NCBI GenBank assembly: GCA_002189035.1
Contig: NEEC01000016.1
Span: 1,860,001-1,924,000 of the forward strand
DNA: 64,000 nt
Direction: 5' to 3'
DNA from: Utricularia gibba
Lineage: Eukaryota; Plantae; Magnoliophyta
Position numbers and translations under genes: made by a program. A model generated the notes under the pieces. The model made no database searches, was not told where the DNA came from, and worked only from the letters and a program-made list of their open reading frames with translations. Below, piece after piece: positions 1 to 11,575 of this stretch (the stretch's first letter is position 1; each line of letters opens with the position of its first letter).

Positions 1-1357
1 GCCACAACAACTTGGATTCGTCATTCACCACAGACTCTACTCGCCTTCTTCACTAATTTCTCCAATCTCTCTTTCTCACCTTGTGTCATCCTTGTCTCGA
101 GCATGATCAAGTCAAACCATGACACTTTTCACATCTAGGAGCCATTTCGTGTAGAGCTAGATGTTGGCTTCGCATGGTGTGTATTGCCTCACACAAGTTT
201 TGGCATAAACACCTCCTCATGTCATCTCTGTATAGCCCATCAGGAATGCTCGTGAAAAGTCCTCTAGTCTCTCGTTGCTTTGCCTCATTGCCCTTCTAGA
301 CGATGGTATACCAATATACTCATCCTCACCCATCAGTGGTCTTGTCCTTGGTCCAAGTATACCATGTTCCCATTAGGGTATATTCATAGTTGTAAGGCAT
401 ATATATGCCTACTTCTCTATCACACCCCTACTTCCTTCATGACTAGCATCCCAATTCCTATGGTAGCTCCTAACCAACTCCATGCTTCATGTGCTGTTAG
501 CTTCTTACCCTTTCCTTTCCTTCATCATGTATTCTTCCCCAAGTACCATCTATCTCTTGCCTTTTCAACGATCTTCCAACTTTGGAGTCATATGTATTGT
601 TGTCAATCTCCTCACTATTTTTTCTAGTACCTATGCTTCGCTTGTTCCATTTGTCTACCCTCACTCAATTCACCCATCTTCATCTCTACTCTACCTGGTT
701 GTCATGAAGTCCTTAGCTTTGTCATCCTTTTACTCTAGCCACATCCTTTTTCTTAGGTGTCATTCCCTTGATGCCGGTTTGAATCATGCTCTGAGTATCA
801 TTTGTTGCCGTATGACCTTGCTTGTCACGGACACTACCCCACATGAGAGTGACTCCTATTCTTGTACATGCGGCATCCATGAGGTAGGGTGAGGACTAGG
901 GTGATAGTCAGATCCTCTTCTACTTGGACAAAATTGGTCTTGCATTCTTTGTCCTAGTGATTGCTTGCATCCTTGTGGTTCCACTCTATTGTTTTCTTAG
1001 TACTATACATTCTGTCACGATTTTATGCTCACTTCACATACACCTCCTATACTATGGTGCATATATCGTATGCTTAAGATGGCCTTGTAGTCATGTTTTC
1101 CCACTTCTTCAATTGCAAGTGCCTTGATTCCCTAAATATCTTGTAGTACTCGGATACACCATGTGACTGGTCGAACACTACTTTAAGGTATAGCTAAAGG
1201 TGCTGATCCTTGCGGTCACCTTATTCAATCTACCAATTGTTTATGTGCCACCCCGTCGTGTCAACAATTCAAGTAACATGAGTGCTTCTGTATGACCATC
1301 TCTCAACCTTGTGAATCCATTCTCTTGGATATCCTCAAGTTGCTTAAATCCTCATAT
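1..1357 (-). mobile_element. Highly degenerate repeat, probably an LTR-retroelement (gag-like) relic; host of the Harbinger insertion
   Basis: No spliceable gene. The minus strand gives weak gag-like fragments (LDQGQ...DEY...RAFLMG). Composition resembles 7091-8500, on the other side of the Harbinger TSD. Confidence 0.3.
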
Positions 1358-1869
1358 TAAGATAGTAGTTTGTATAACTTGTTTTGTGACTTATGACTTA
1401 AAGTAAAAGAAAAAGTAAGTGTTTTACAAACCACTTCTACTTGTTCTAAAACTTAACTTCTACTTCTACTTCTACTTCTACTTATTTCAATTTTAACTAT
1501 TTCATCAACTTATTACACAAGTTGATAAAATGTAACTTATTCACTCAATAGGTTGTTGAAAATAAATGTATTCCTTTTTTGCCCTCCAACCCTTTTAATT
1601 CTCGGTGGCCTTTCTTCCATTTGCTCATTCTTCTGATTTTCATGTTAGGTTGAAGGTATGTGTTTTCACCTAAACAGGTTAAAAAGGGTAAATAACTAAA
1701 CCGGTGGCACATGAGGCTTGAAACGTGGGTGTACCCAACAGCATCACCCTCGCCTACCGCAAATTCAGCAGCCGCATTTGAGCATTTGGTGCTTCAATGG
1801 ATCTCAATTATTTTGTGCATTTGTGAAGGGAATGGTGGGGAATTAAAGAATATTACTTTTTTTGGGAGA

Positions 1870-2130
1870 AGACGATGCAACAGGATGCATTTAGAGCTTG
1901 GGGAAGAAGGTGGGTGCAGTAGGGTGCATTTGAGGCTTGGGGAAGACGGTGGGTGCAGTAGGGTGTATTTGGGGCTTGGGGAAGGCGATGGGTGTAACAA
2001 GATGCATTTGGGGCTTGGGGAAGACGATGGGTTTAGAAAGGTGCATTTAGGGTTTGGGAATGTGGTGGGTGAAGCATGGTGCATTTGGGGTTTAGGGAAG
2101 GTGGTGTAGCAGGGTGCATTTGGGAGAAGG
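1870..2130. repeat. 39-bp G-rich tandem minisatellite (about 7 copies) inside the Harbinger element
   Basis: Core GCATTT/GTATTT recurs at 1887, 1926, 1965, 2004, 2043 (39-bp period), then 2081 and 2116. Unit approx. GGTGCATTTGAGGCTTGGGGAAGACGGTGGGTGCAGTAG. Confidence 0.9.
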
Positions 2131-2473
2131 GGAACAAGGGTGGTTTAGATATTAGGAAACCTAAATTAGAATATTCATCTTGTTATTATGGTCATTTAAT
2201 TTGATAATATTATTGTTTTCATTTTATTGTATTTTATTGTAGTATTCATATCTTGTTCTTATATAATAGTGTTTAATGATATTCCATTTAATTTGAAGAT
2301 ATTATTGTTCTAGATATTGCATTTATGTCTACTCATGCATTGTGTTAGTATTCTTGGGGGATATTTAGTTCATTATTTTATATATCTCAATATGATAGCA
2401 AATAAATATGTATCATTCTTCATTTTGTTATTTTTTCACTTTGTAATTCCACTATATGCTTCTCATGTTTAGG

Positions 2474-3600
2474 TGCTACAAAGAAAGACAACCAAAGTAA
2501 GATAACAATAAAGAGAATTGGAAAAACTGCTACTTGGAATATAAAGGTAATTGACCCACTACCACTTTTCGACTAAAAGGATGGGAGAATATTATGAATG
2601 TTGTCAATGAAAAAGCTTATATCACCTACAACCTGAAGTGTATCAAGAATAAGCATAATGAACTTCGAAGTAAATGGAATCTTTGGAAGCGATTAATCGA
2701 TAGATTGGGTATTGGATTTCACCCAAATGGAACAATAAACATACATCCTCACTAGTGGACTGATCATTTAGCTGTAAGTTTTCACTTATAATCATTGTTT
2801 GTTATGTGAATTGAATATTTATTATTATTTGTAGTTAGAAATTATTTTTTGGTAGAATATATCTCTTTCTTCAGTGTGGTAATGAAATTTCTTCATTAGA
2901 ATTTATGTTAAATTATTTTTAATTATTGTTTGTTATGTTTTATTTTATATAGTAGAACAGCCAATATAGCAAGTTTGAGACTAGAACACCTATGTTCTCT
3001 GATTTATTAGCTCAAATTTTTGATTCAGTAATTGATTATGGACAAAGAAAATACATTTCTACTCCTGATATTGAGATTTCTAATGATGATTGTGATGATG
3101 ATGTTGATCCTTTATTATCTATTAGAGATACATTGCTAGAGGTAGAAAATTTTGGATATTCATTGGGCACATAATATATTCCACCTGAGATATCAGCTTT
3201 GTACTCTAAAGAGCACACACTTACTCAAAGTAGCAAGCAAGCTATTCAAACAAAATGCAAGAGGACTTCTAAATTGAGCAATAGTAATCGAATTGCTGAA
3301 TCATCTGAGATAATGGCCGCAGCTTCATGAAAAGTGGGGTTGGAGAGCTTAAAGTCTTTAAAATACTCTATTGAAAAATGTATTAAGATGTTAGATGCCA
3401 CATATACCATTGTCAAAAGAGGTCAAACTTATTTGCACGCTTTGAAACTATTCAAGGATTGCCAAAATTGAGAGATCTTCATATCTCTGAAGGATCCAGA
3501 TATTCGAAAAGATTACATTGAGGGTGAGATTTTGGATTCACTACGTATATGTAGTAGTGGGAATACCGGTTTATCTTCATGCTTCAAGATATGATGCTAC
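2474..3600 (+). pseudogene. Harbinger ORF1 (Myb/SANT-like DNA-binding protein), disrupted
   Basis: Translates to KGWENIMNVVNEKAYITYNLKCIKNKHNELRSKWNLWKRLIDRLGIGFHPNGTI (Myb_DNA-bind_3-like), an intron (gtaagt about 2774 to ag about 2955), then ...YSIEKCIKML...YLHALKLFKD..EIFISLKDPDIRKDYI. Several in-frame stops. Confidence 0.75.
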
Positions 3601-3818
3601 GTCACCACCAAAACACAAAGGTATTTAAATCATTAATTAATTATAATATATTTTTTATATTATTAACGGTTTGTTTTTTTTATGCAGATTAGGGAATCCT
3701 CCAACATCATCAACATCAGTGTTGGATTTTTTTTAATTGTGTTTTAATTTATGTTTCTGTTACGATTAAACTCTAGTTGTACATTACGATTGATCATAAT
3801 TCTTTTAAATTGGAACTT

Positions 3819-4103
3819 ATGTCTCGAGATTGATGAAAAACATTGGGATTCGAACTAACACACATAGAGATTTGAGAAAATACAAAGTCATTGTTGATGT
3901 GCTCCTCCAATGACATTTCAACAATTTATGTATCGGGATTGATGAAAAACATTGGGATTCGAACTAACACACATAGAGATTTGAGAAAATACAAAGTCAT
4001 TGTTGATGTGCTCCTCAAATGACATTTCAACAATTTATGTCTCGGGATTGATGAAAAACATTGGGATTTGAACTAGCACATATAGAGATTTGAGAAAACA
4101 CAA
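3819..4103. repeat. 109-bp tandem repeat, about 2.6 copies, between ORF1 and the transposase
   Basis: Unit starts ATGT(C/A)TCG(A/G)GATTGATGAAAAACATTGGGATT at 3819, 3928 and 4037; near-identical copies with no spacers. Confidence 0.9.
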
Positions 4104-4126
4104 TTTTTTTTTCTTTATAATCACAC

Positions 4127-6815
4127 ATGGAGATTGAGAATACTCGCATATCTTTGCTTCCAATGGCGTCTTTCTTTAACAATGCATCGTTTGATGATTC
4201 TTTTGATGATGATGAGGAGAGCAAAGAAACTCGACAACATACACAGTTCATCAATGTTCAAATGGCTACATTAAAGCTTCTTAAAGATTATCATGTGTAC
4301 TTCCTTATGAAGCAACCAATGTATGATCGAGAAACTAGTGGATGGTCTTTATTGCTATCAATGTTGAATGGCCACGATGCTCGTGTTAGTGTATGTGTTC
4401 TAGAGACAATCAACTCATTGGCAAATCTTATATTTTGATATTTACTTTGAATTGTGATCAAATTCATATTATTGATAAAATCCTCTACTTGATCTATATG
4501 CTATAGAAATTATGATGAGATCATAATGTGAGATTCTACAAGCATTTATTTTCAAGTTAAAAACTCTCTGGCTAGAGTATTTGTGAAATGAGGATATCAC
4601 AAATACGGATAAGTTAGCACACATTGAGTTCCCTAAACTGTTTAGGCAATGGTTCTCACAATTGATGTAATGAGATAACAAGAACCTATGTGTGGGTGTC
4701 GATTAGAGAATCGATTAACTGGATGACTCATCTTCGAGATGCTACTATGGGAAGCTAACCAAGTGTCAGTAGCAAGATCTCGAATATGACAGCCGTGCAA
4801 GTAAGCTTAGACTTGAGGTCAACAAAGTTATCTTGATCTTAAGCTCACATTTTCGCTCATTGCTAATGGGAGCGTAACCCTGGCTTGCCTAGTATGGATG
4901 AGTAGGGATGTGACTCTTTCAGATTGGAGATAGTTGATTGATCAATAAAGGATTCATCACTTATGTTAGCTATGAGATCATATCTCAAGTAATTGCATCA
5001 AAGCCTAACAGTAAGTCCTAGACCCAGGGTAATGACACTCGAATTGTTTGAGTAGGTCATTGAGTGTTAGTGCTTGAATGCAATTATAAGTTCGAGACAT
5101 CAGAAAGATACACACCCATGTTCTGGTATCGAATGAGATATAAGTATGATGAAAGCTGTTCATTGCATGGTGGCTGGTCATGGAAATGCTCAATCAGTTC
5201 ACCTGATTATTCTTTAATCTTGGGGATCATGATATGTTGCTAGACATCACTCATGATCGATAATGATAGACTTGATTAATTAAGAGTTAATTAATAAATC
5301 CATTATTACGGCCTTGATTGAAGAAACCTATAAGGTCACACACAATAGTGGAGTCACTCATCGATATAAAATAGAATGACATAATTACATGAGATGTAAT
5401 TGGTAAAGTGAGTAAATTAAATAGAGAGTTATTTTGAGATTAATATTGATTAAACTCAAAATAAAAGATCTCATATAGATATGATTTGATATGTCACAAA
5501 AATATCTATCAAAAAGATTTAGATCTTGAGATCTGCTCCAAGATCTTCGTGCTCTCTGAGAATGATCCACAAGGAGGCGTTTTTCTCTACTAGCACCTGA
5601 GAAATTCGACCAGCATTCAAGAGCCTTGAGAAGGTTATTGACGGAGAACTCCAGATGTGGATACCATAGAGGTCGTCTGCTATTGGTAGTTGGTGAACAA
5701 CGGAGTCATCTGAAAGGTATTTTGAACATCCCTTCGTCTGATGTATATCGTATTCCAATTTGCGTTTGGGGTTTCTCAAAAAATTTTAAATTCCGTTGCT
5801 TTTGAGACATACGATGTCTACGAGAAATCCAACAGCTCGAGCATATAATGAGTTGCGAATGCATAGCCGTATGTTCTTAAAATTTTGGAAGATGCTTGTG
5901 GATAATTATGGGCTATTCAAAAGGAAATTTGTTCCTGTAGAAGAAGAGGTCGCTATTTTTTTAAGAGGGGTGGGTAAAGGAGAAGGTTACTCTAGTTTAC
6001 AGGAATTCTTTGGTCGCGGGAGATATACTATTCATAGTGCTTTCCACAATGTCTTGAAAGCAGTTAATTGGATGACAGTGGAGTAGATTACGCCAAAACA
6101 CAGTAACACATAGATTCATCTTTTTTTCATAAATAACACAAAGTATTCTTACTTTAGTAATTGTATTGGTGCCATAGATGGAACTCATATCAAAGCATGT
6201 GTTCCTGAAGCTGAAAGGGTGCGATACATTGGTCGTAAGGGTTATCCTACCCAAAACATACTTGCTATTTGTGACTTCGATATGTGTTTCACTTATGTTA
6301 TAGCTTGCTATGAAGGAATAACTTATGATAGTAAGATTTTTAAAGATTGCATTAACGAGAAGTGTCTCCGCTTTCCGACAATACCCCCAGGCAAATACTA
6401 TGTGGTAGATGCTGGATTTGCCAATATCACGGGATTTATGACACCTTATTGTCGTAAGCGATATCACCTACTGGACTTTCAACATAGAACAACTGGAGGA
6501 TACAAAAATTCACGAGAGTACTTCAATCATACACATTCTTCACTTCAAAATGTAATTGAGAGATTCCATATGGTGAATGATTTGCCAAAAAATATGAAAA
6601 TTAAGCATCAAGTGAGACTAGTAGTAGCTACAATGGCTATACACAATTGGCTACGCCATGTCGCTGCTGATGATGATGGCGCTCGTCTCTCGAAATATGA
6701 AGGTGCAAGTAGTGATGTGCCTAATAATAACGAGTTAGAAGAAGAGGAAGAAGAACATGATGATGAAAGTAAAAATCATGAATATGTTATGATTTTCTTC
6801 ATGATTCTATGGTAA
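4127..6815 (+). pseudogene. Harbinger DDE transposase, interrupted by a solo LTR and premature stops
   Basis: KQPMYDRETSGWSLLLSMLNGHDAR | AYNELRMHSRMFLKF...VEEEVAIFL, then CIGAIDGTHI, YYVVDAGF and NVIER (DDE triad motifs). In-frame TAG at 6084-6086. Confidence 0.9.
4384..5834 (+). mobile_element. Solo LTR (1451 bp), Ty1/Copia Angela-like
   Basis: TGTTAG...CCAACA termini; perfect 5-bp TSD GCTCG at 4379-4383 and 5835-5839; no PBS or internal domain. The 3' end AAATTTTAAATTCCG...CCAACA resembles Angela-type LTR ends (lineage call from memory). Confidence 0.85.
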
Positions 6816-7090
6816 ATTTGTTATGGGCTATGTTTTGATAATTTCTTTTCAAGATAATTTACAATGAATATGTATTAATGTAACATAATAAAATATTATA
6901 GTAATAAAAGGCATATAGGTAATTTAAAATATTACTATTACTTATATAAACTCTACTTCTACAATTTAACTTCTACCTATTAATAATTTCAAATAGTCTA
7001 CTTCTACTTATTCTATATCTATTTGTACAATAACTTTTACTTGTCAATTAAGTAAAAGTTATTGATTAAGTTGCACAGACTACACCCTAA

Positions 7091-9400
7091 GCAAACACTA
7101 TTTCACATGGTATCATGCGGTGATTCTCATGTCCTCCCGTACTTGATTTCCACTTGATCTCTTGTTCGGTGCAAGTTTAGGATGTTCCTTGGGGAGGATA
7201 TCATTGAACTTCTCAAAGGTGCATCCATCCCAACCCCTCCTGTAATTCATAACTCATCATGGATGATCTTGTCATGTGTTCAATAGCATATTCCTCCACC
7301 TCTCCCCATCGTTATGCTCATGCTGAATATACATGTAGTGTATCCCCTCCCAAGTTCTACTGCCTTCTCCACACAATTGATTCAAGATATGTCATACTCC
7401 ACACAACAACCTCCCTAGGATTATTTTCGGACTCATTCCATACTGACTTACACATATCCGACTTGGTTTGTGTTTTGCCACCCTTGTGCATCTCCCCTTA
7501 ATGTACTCTGGCTTATGTTTCTACTGCCTGATGTCTTCCATCCATCACGTTATATGGCCCCTCCTATACACTCTGCATTTGTATCACCATGCATGTCCGT
7601 GTTTGCGAGGTTGCACGTGCTTGATTCCATACTTTCTAAGTGTTACCATGTGGCACCATTGTTGTTTCCTACAATCATTTTATGCGTTCTCCATATTTAG
7701 GGGTTTGCATGTATTATGCCTTGTCCCTTGCATCTTAACACAACCATTTCAAGCCATGGCAGCACTTGCCTTCATGTTCCTTGCCACAAATTTTGAAGAG
7801 GGAACACCTTTAGAGTTGCCATAACTCCTCCAATTATTGTATCCCTTCATGAACTACTCATTGCCTATACCTTTTCTCTGCAACTATTCTATCGTGCCAC
7901 CAAAATAATCTGTTCCCAACATTGCATGTATGCTCACTAGGGTACTATGCCGCATAAACTGTCTTGTGCACCCATCAACCATATCTCCACTCCCCATCTA
8001 TGTCATGTCATCACAAGTATACCCATACTTCCTTAATCAAATGTTGTGTTTTGGTTTTTGCTCCCCTTTGAGGGTACTTAGCTCTCCTTGTACGTGTTAC
8101 TATCAATCTCCACTCACGGCATTACCCATACCAATCAAAAGCCCACCTCCACTAGGACTCAAGTTTCCCATAAGCACATTCTGCATGTGCATACTTACCT
8201 CATCGATCTCACCTCGTCCATATCATTACATTCACCATTTACTAAACTAATCCCATACCAAGTCCTCATCTCCTATTCACATAACAACATACTGACATTT
8301 AGAATTCATATATACTATCTCCTGTCATATGTGGCAGTGGTAGAGTAGCAACCTACGACCCACACCCTAGATGCTAGAGTGTTACCGACACCCTTTTCAT
8401 GACTCTGTTGTCCAATCCTTGTGGGGGTGGATTAGGAATGGGTGCACATACCCGCTTCTCCCATATCTCATGGACACATTGCGATCATTGGCTGCCTTGT
8501 ATGTGATGGGTGTTGGGCTCATCTCAAGATCCTAGTCAACTCATCTCATCTTACATACATTAACTAATCATATAAGCAATAAGAACACATATTTTATTAA
8601 CCATGAAAATGTAAGGTTCAGCACATACACGCATATGCATGTCCAAAACCAAAGCTAGAAAGTGCATAAACATCAATAGTTAAGCCTTCCTTTAAGTCCT
8701 AAGCCATCTTTAGACTCCATGCCTTCTCTGTCACTCGAATCCCACCTCAGTTGCACACACTTTGCTGCTCTCCTTACTACCTACACATGGAAAGGTAAGG
8801 CATCAATCCTAATGTAGGTATTCACCATCTCCATTTTATCACTTTTAAGTGCATTCAAGTAAAACTTCCTCAATGTTGTGTCACTCATTAGTCTCTATGT
8901 TATTGCCCGTTCATCGATCATCCCTAGCCCTATCGCCCTCCTAATCTCCAATTACCATTTCCTTCATTATCTCATCGTTCCCATATCACCATCTCAACTC
9001 CCATCTCCTCCCATGCCTCTACCTCATATCTCTAACTTACTCAACTCCTCCTGATCCTTCTCACCATCCCTCTATCTAACTCCTTGTCTCCTTGTCTTGA
9101 TTGTCCTCATGTTCGAGCCCCTCCACTCGTCATTCTTATTGGCCTCGTACTGCCAAGCACTAGATGCTCGATATTGCCACTATGGGCATCAACTGCAACT
9201 CTGCTCATACTCGTGCTCTCCCTTTTAGCCACATACTACTAAGTGCTATGTGCTTAACATTGTCACCACAGGCATCAACTACAGCCCTAGTCATACTCAA
9301 GCTCGTGTTAGCCTCATACTAACAAGCACCTCGTGCTTGACATTGCCATTGGGCGTGCACTCCCCAATCTCACTTGTAAATGAGTATCTCACCCTTGCAT
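7091..9400 (-). mobile_element. Degenerate retroelement sequence; 8500-9400 resembles the Tekay LTR at 33.4-35.9 kb
   Basis: Shares a degenerate ATTGCCAC(T/C)A(T/C)(G/A)GGCATCAACT about 80-bp array with 35195-35450 and a similar CTTACxACxTACACATGGAAAGG-type block. Confidence 0.45.
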
Positions 9401-9589
9401 AGTGAAGGCGTTATCATCATAAGAAAACATTAATGAAATTAGAAGTATATTAATATATCTATCAAGAATATAAAATATCTTGTATTATTCTAAAATGTGC
9501 TGCATTGTTATAAACATATTCCATTTTTACAATGATAAATGTCATGTGACTTTCATGTTTATTTTTACTTTTATTTATGATTTTATTTG

Positions 9590-11575
9590 TAGCTAGATAG
9601 TAAGATAAAGTGAAGATAAATTGGATGAATATATTAAAAAGGTAAATTAGAATGATGCACATGTTGAATATCTTTTGATGATATATTAAGAGAAATTATT
9701 GATTGACAATCAATCAAACACATTCTTCAATAAAATTAGATGGATGAACACTGTAAAGAAGTTCAACATTAAAATGAGTTTGACCTATACCTTAAGGTAA
9801 ATTAGGAATAGATGAGGAGCACTATAATCTAAATGGAATTTAAGGATAAGATTGATGAAGAGTGAATGATGAATGATGAACACTATGAATCACAGAATCT
9901 CTATTTGTTTAATTATGTCATAAGTTTTTTGTACATAATGATTAGTGGTTTCATAGTTCTGTATTTTAGGAAAATTTTGATGCAGTGAAATTTTAGGTTA
10001 AGGGTCTACTACATTAATATATAAAAAAAATTGTGTCATGAGATCTCTTGAATGCTACCTAAATTTTGCTACCTTTTCATGTAATTTTAGTTTTATTGAA
10101 GAAGTGAAGAAGTATCATAAATTTATGAGTATTTCAAAAGTACATTACGTCAAATTGGAATGTATCATTAATGATACATTATAAAGGAATCAATACATGA
10201 CCAATCTTCGAGTGGCTTATCATTGTTGCTTTCTGAGCTAAATTGGCAAATATTCATGTTTGTTGAGATTTATGCATGCATACTAAAAGGTTTCTCCAAT
10301 TTTTTGAAATGTTTGTCAACAATTATGAGTTGGGGAGAAGAAATTGTGTGTTTATTAAAGAAAAAGTAATTATATTCGTAAAGATTGATGGTAGAACATA
10401 GAATAAATAACTATAAAAATTCTTTCAAAATAGTGTAGATATCATTAGTGCACTATTCCATAATACTTTCAAAACTTGCTTAAGAATGCCTATTGATTGG
10501 GAGAAACCTTCATAAGATTTCAAGATAGTTCATTTATGCATTGCTATTCATGATACTTATATTAAATCTCATGTTTCTAAGAATAAGTAGATCAGCTATC
10601 ATAAAAATATAATCACATAAAACATTCTAGAAGTATGCAATTTTAATATACATTTTTCTTATGTTATGATTGGCTTTGAAGTAATATCACATGATAGCAA
10701 GATTTTGTCTTATTATTTTGAAGATGAGAGCTACAATTTTCCTAAACCATCAATAGGATATTTATATTTTTATAATAAATTCTTAATTATATCATTATAT
10801 TATATATATATATATATTATTTTTTATTTTGTAGACAAATATCATCTTATTGATATTGGATTTTCTAATATTCGAGATTTCATAACTCCATATCATGTAG
10901 AGACGCATCGTCTCTCAGATTTCCAATGTGGCTTGGAATATAATTGTTCAAATGAATTATTCAATCATAGATATTTATCACTAAGGCATGTTATTGAAAA
11001 GACATTTAAAATCTCGAAATAATGATTTCTTATGTTAAATGAGATGCCTCCAAACATGAAGTTCAAACACCAAGTAGCATTGACAAGAATGAGAATTCAT
11101 AACTTTCTTTGATAAGCGGATGCCTACATGATAAATCATTATTTAATGAACGCAATGAAAATGGTGATCATAGAGAAGAAGTGGATGGAGGAACTAATCA
11201 AAATAATAAAAACATTTCTATAAAGACTCTATGAAACAAAATTCGTGCAATCTGATAATGGTACAAGACATTATAAATTTGAATGATTTAATTTTACTAT
11301 TATTAAATATTTATGTTATTACTTTATTGGATTTATTATTGATGTTTTATGTTAATTTAACTTTTTAATTGTTTAAACATTATTTTTATTTAAATATATA
11401 TAAAAGGTAAAACTATCATTTATATATTATTATGAATAATTTTTTATTTTAAAATTTCTTTTTAAATTTACACAATTTTTTTTAATCAGTTTATTTTATT
11501 TCTTATTCTTATTTTATTTTTCCTTCTTATTTTTCGAAAATTCATTTTCAAAGTGTAATATATTCTAAACATGTC
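9590..11575 (+). mobile_element. Second, more decayed PIF/Harbinger relic (ORF1 plus transposase), 5' truncated
   Basis: Myb-like NTFFNKIRWMNTVKKFNIKMSLTYT..IRNR..SKWNL (9640-9870). Transposase KESIHDQSSSGLSLLL / LCMHTKRFLQFFEMFVNNYELG, FPKPSIG / DKYHLIDIGF, RHVIEKTFKI. Possible right TIR (revcomp GACATGTTTAG) followed by TAA at 11576-11578. Confidence 0.75.

Larger units (their letters stand above)
1361..7087 (+). mobile_element. PIF/Harbinger DNA transposon (decayed autonomous type) with nested solo LTR
   Basis: TAA at 1358-1360 and 7088-7090 (PIF-type 3-bp TSD). Imperfect TIRs GATAGTAGTTTGTATAACTT vs revcomp GGGTGTAGTCTGTGCAACTT (14/20). Contains Myb/SANT ORF1 and DDE transposase in tandem. 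Confidence 0.85.

Noticed and set aside
2030-2100. TTTAGGG telomere-like motifs
   Set aside because: Isolated single occurrences within the G-rich minisatellite, not an interstitial telomeric array.
1711-2109. 132-aa (+) and 96-aa (-) repetitive ORFs as host genes
   Set aside because: Both are open only because the 39-bp repeat is a multiple of 3 and lacks stops; they lie inside a TE.
1870-4103. 39-bp and 109-bp repeats as a CRISPR-like array
   Set aside because: They are head-to-tail tandem units with no unique spacers, in a eukaryotic context with no cas genes.
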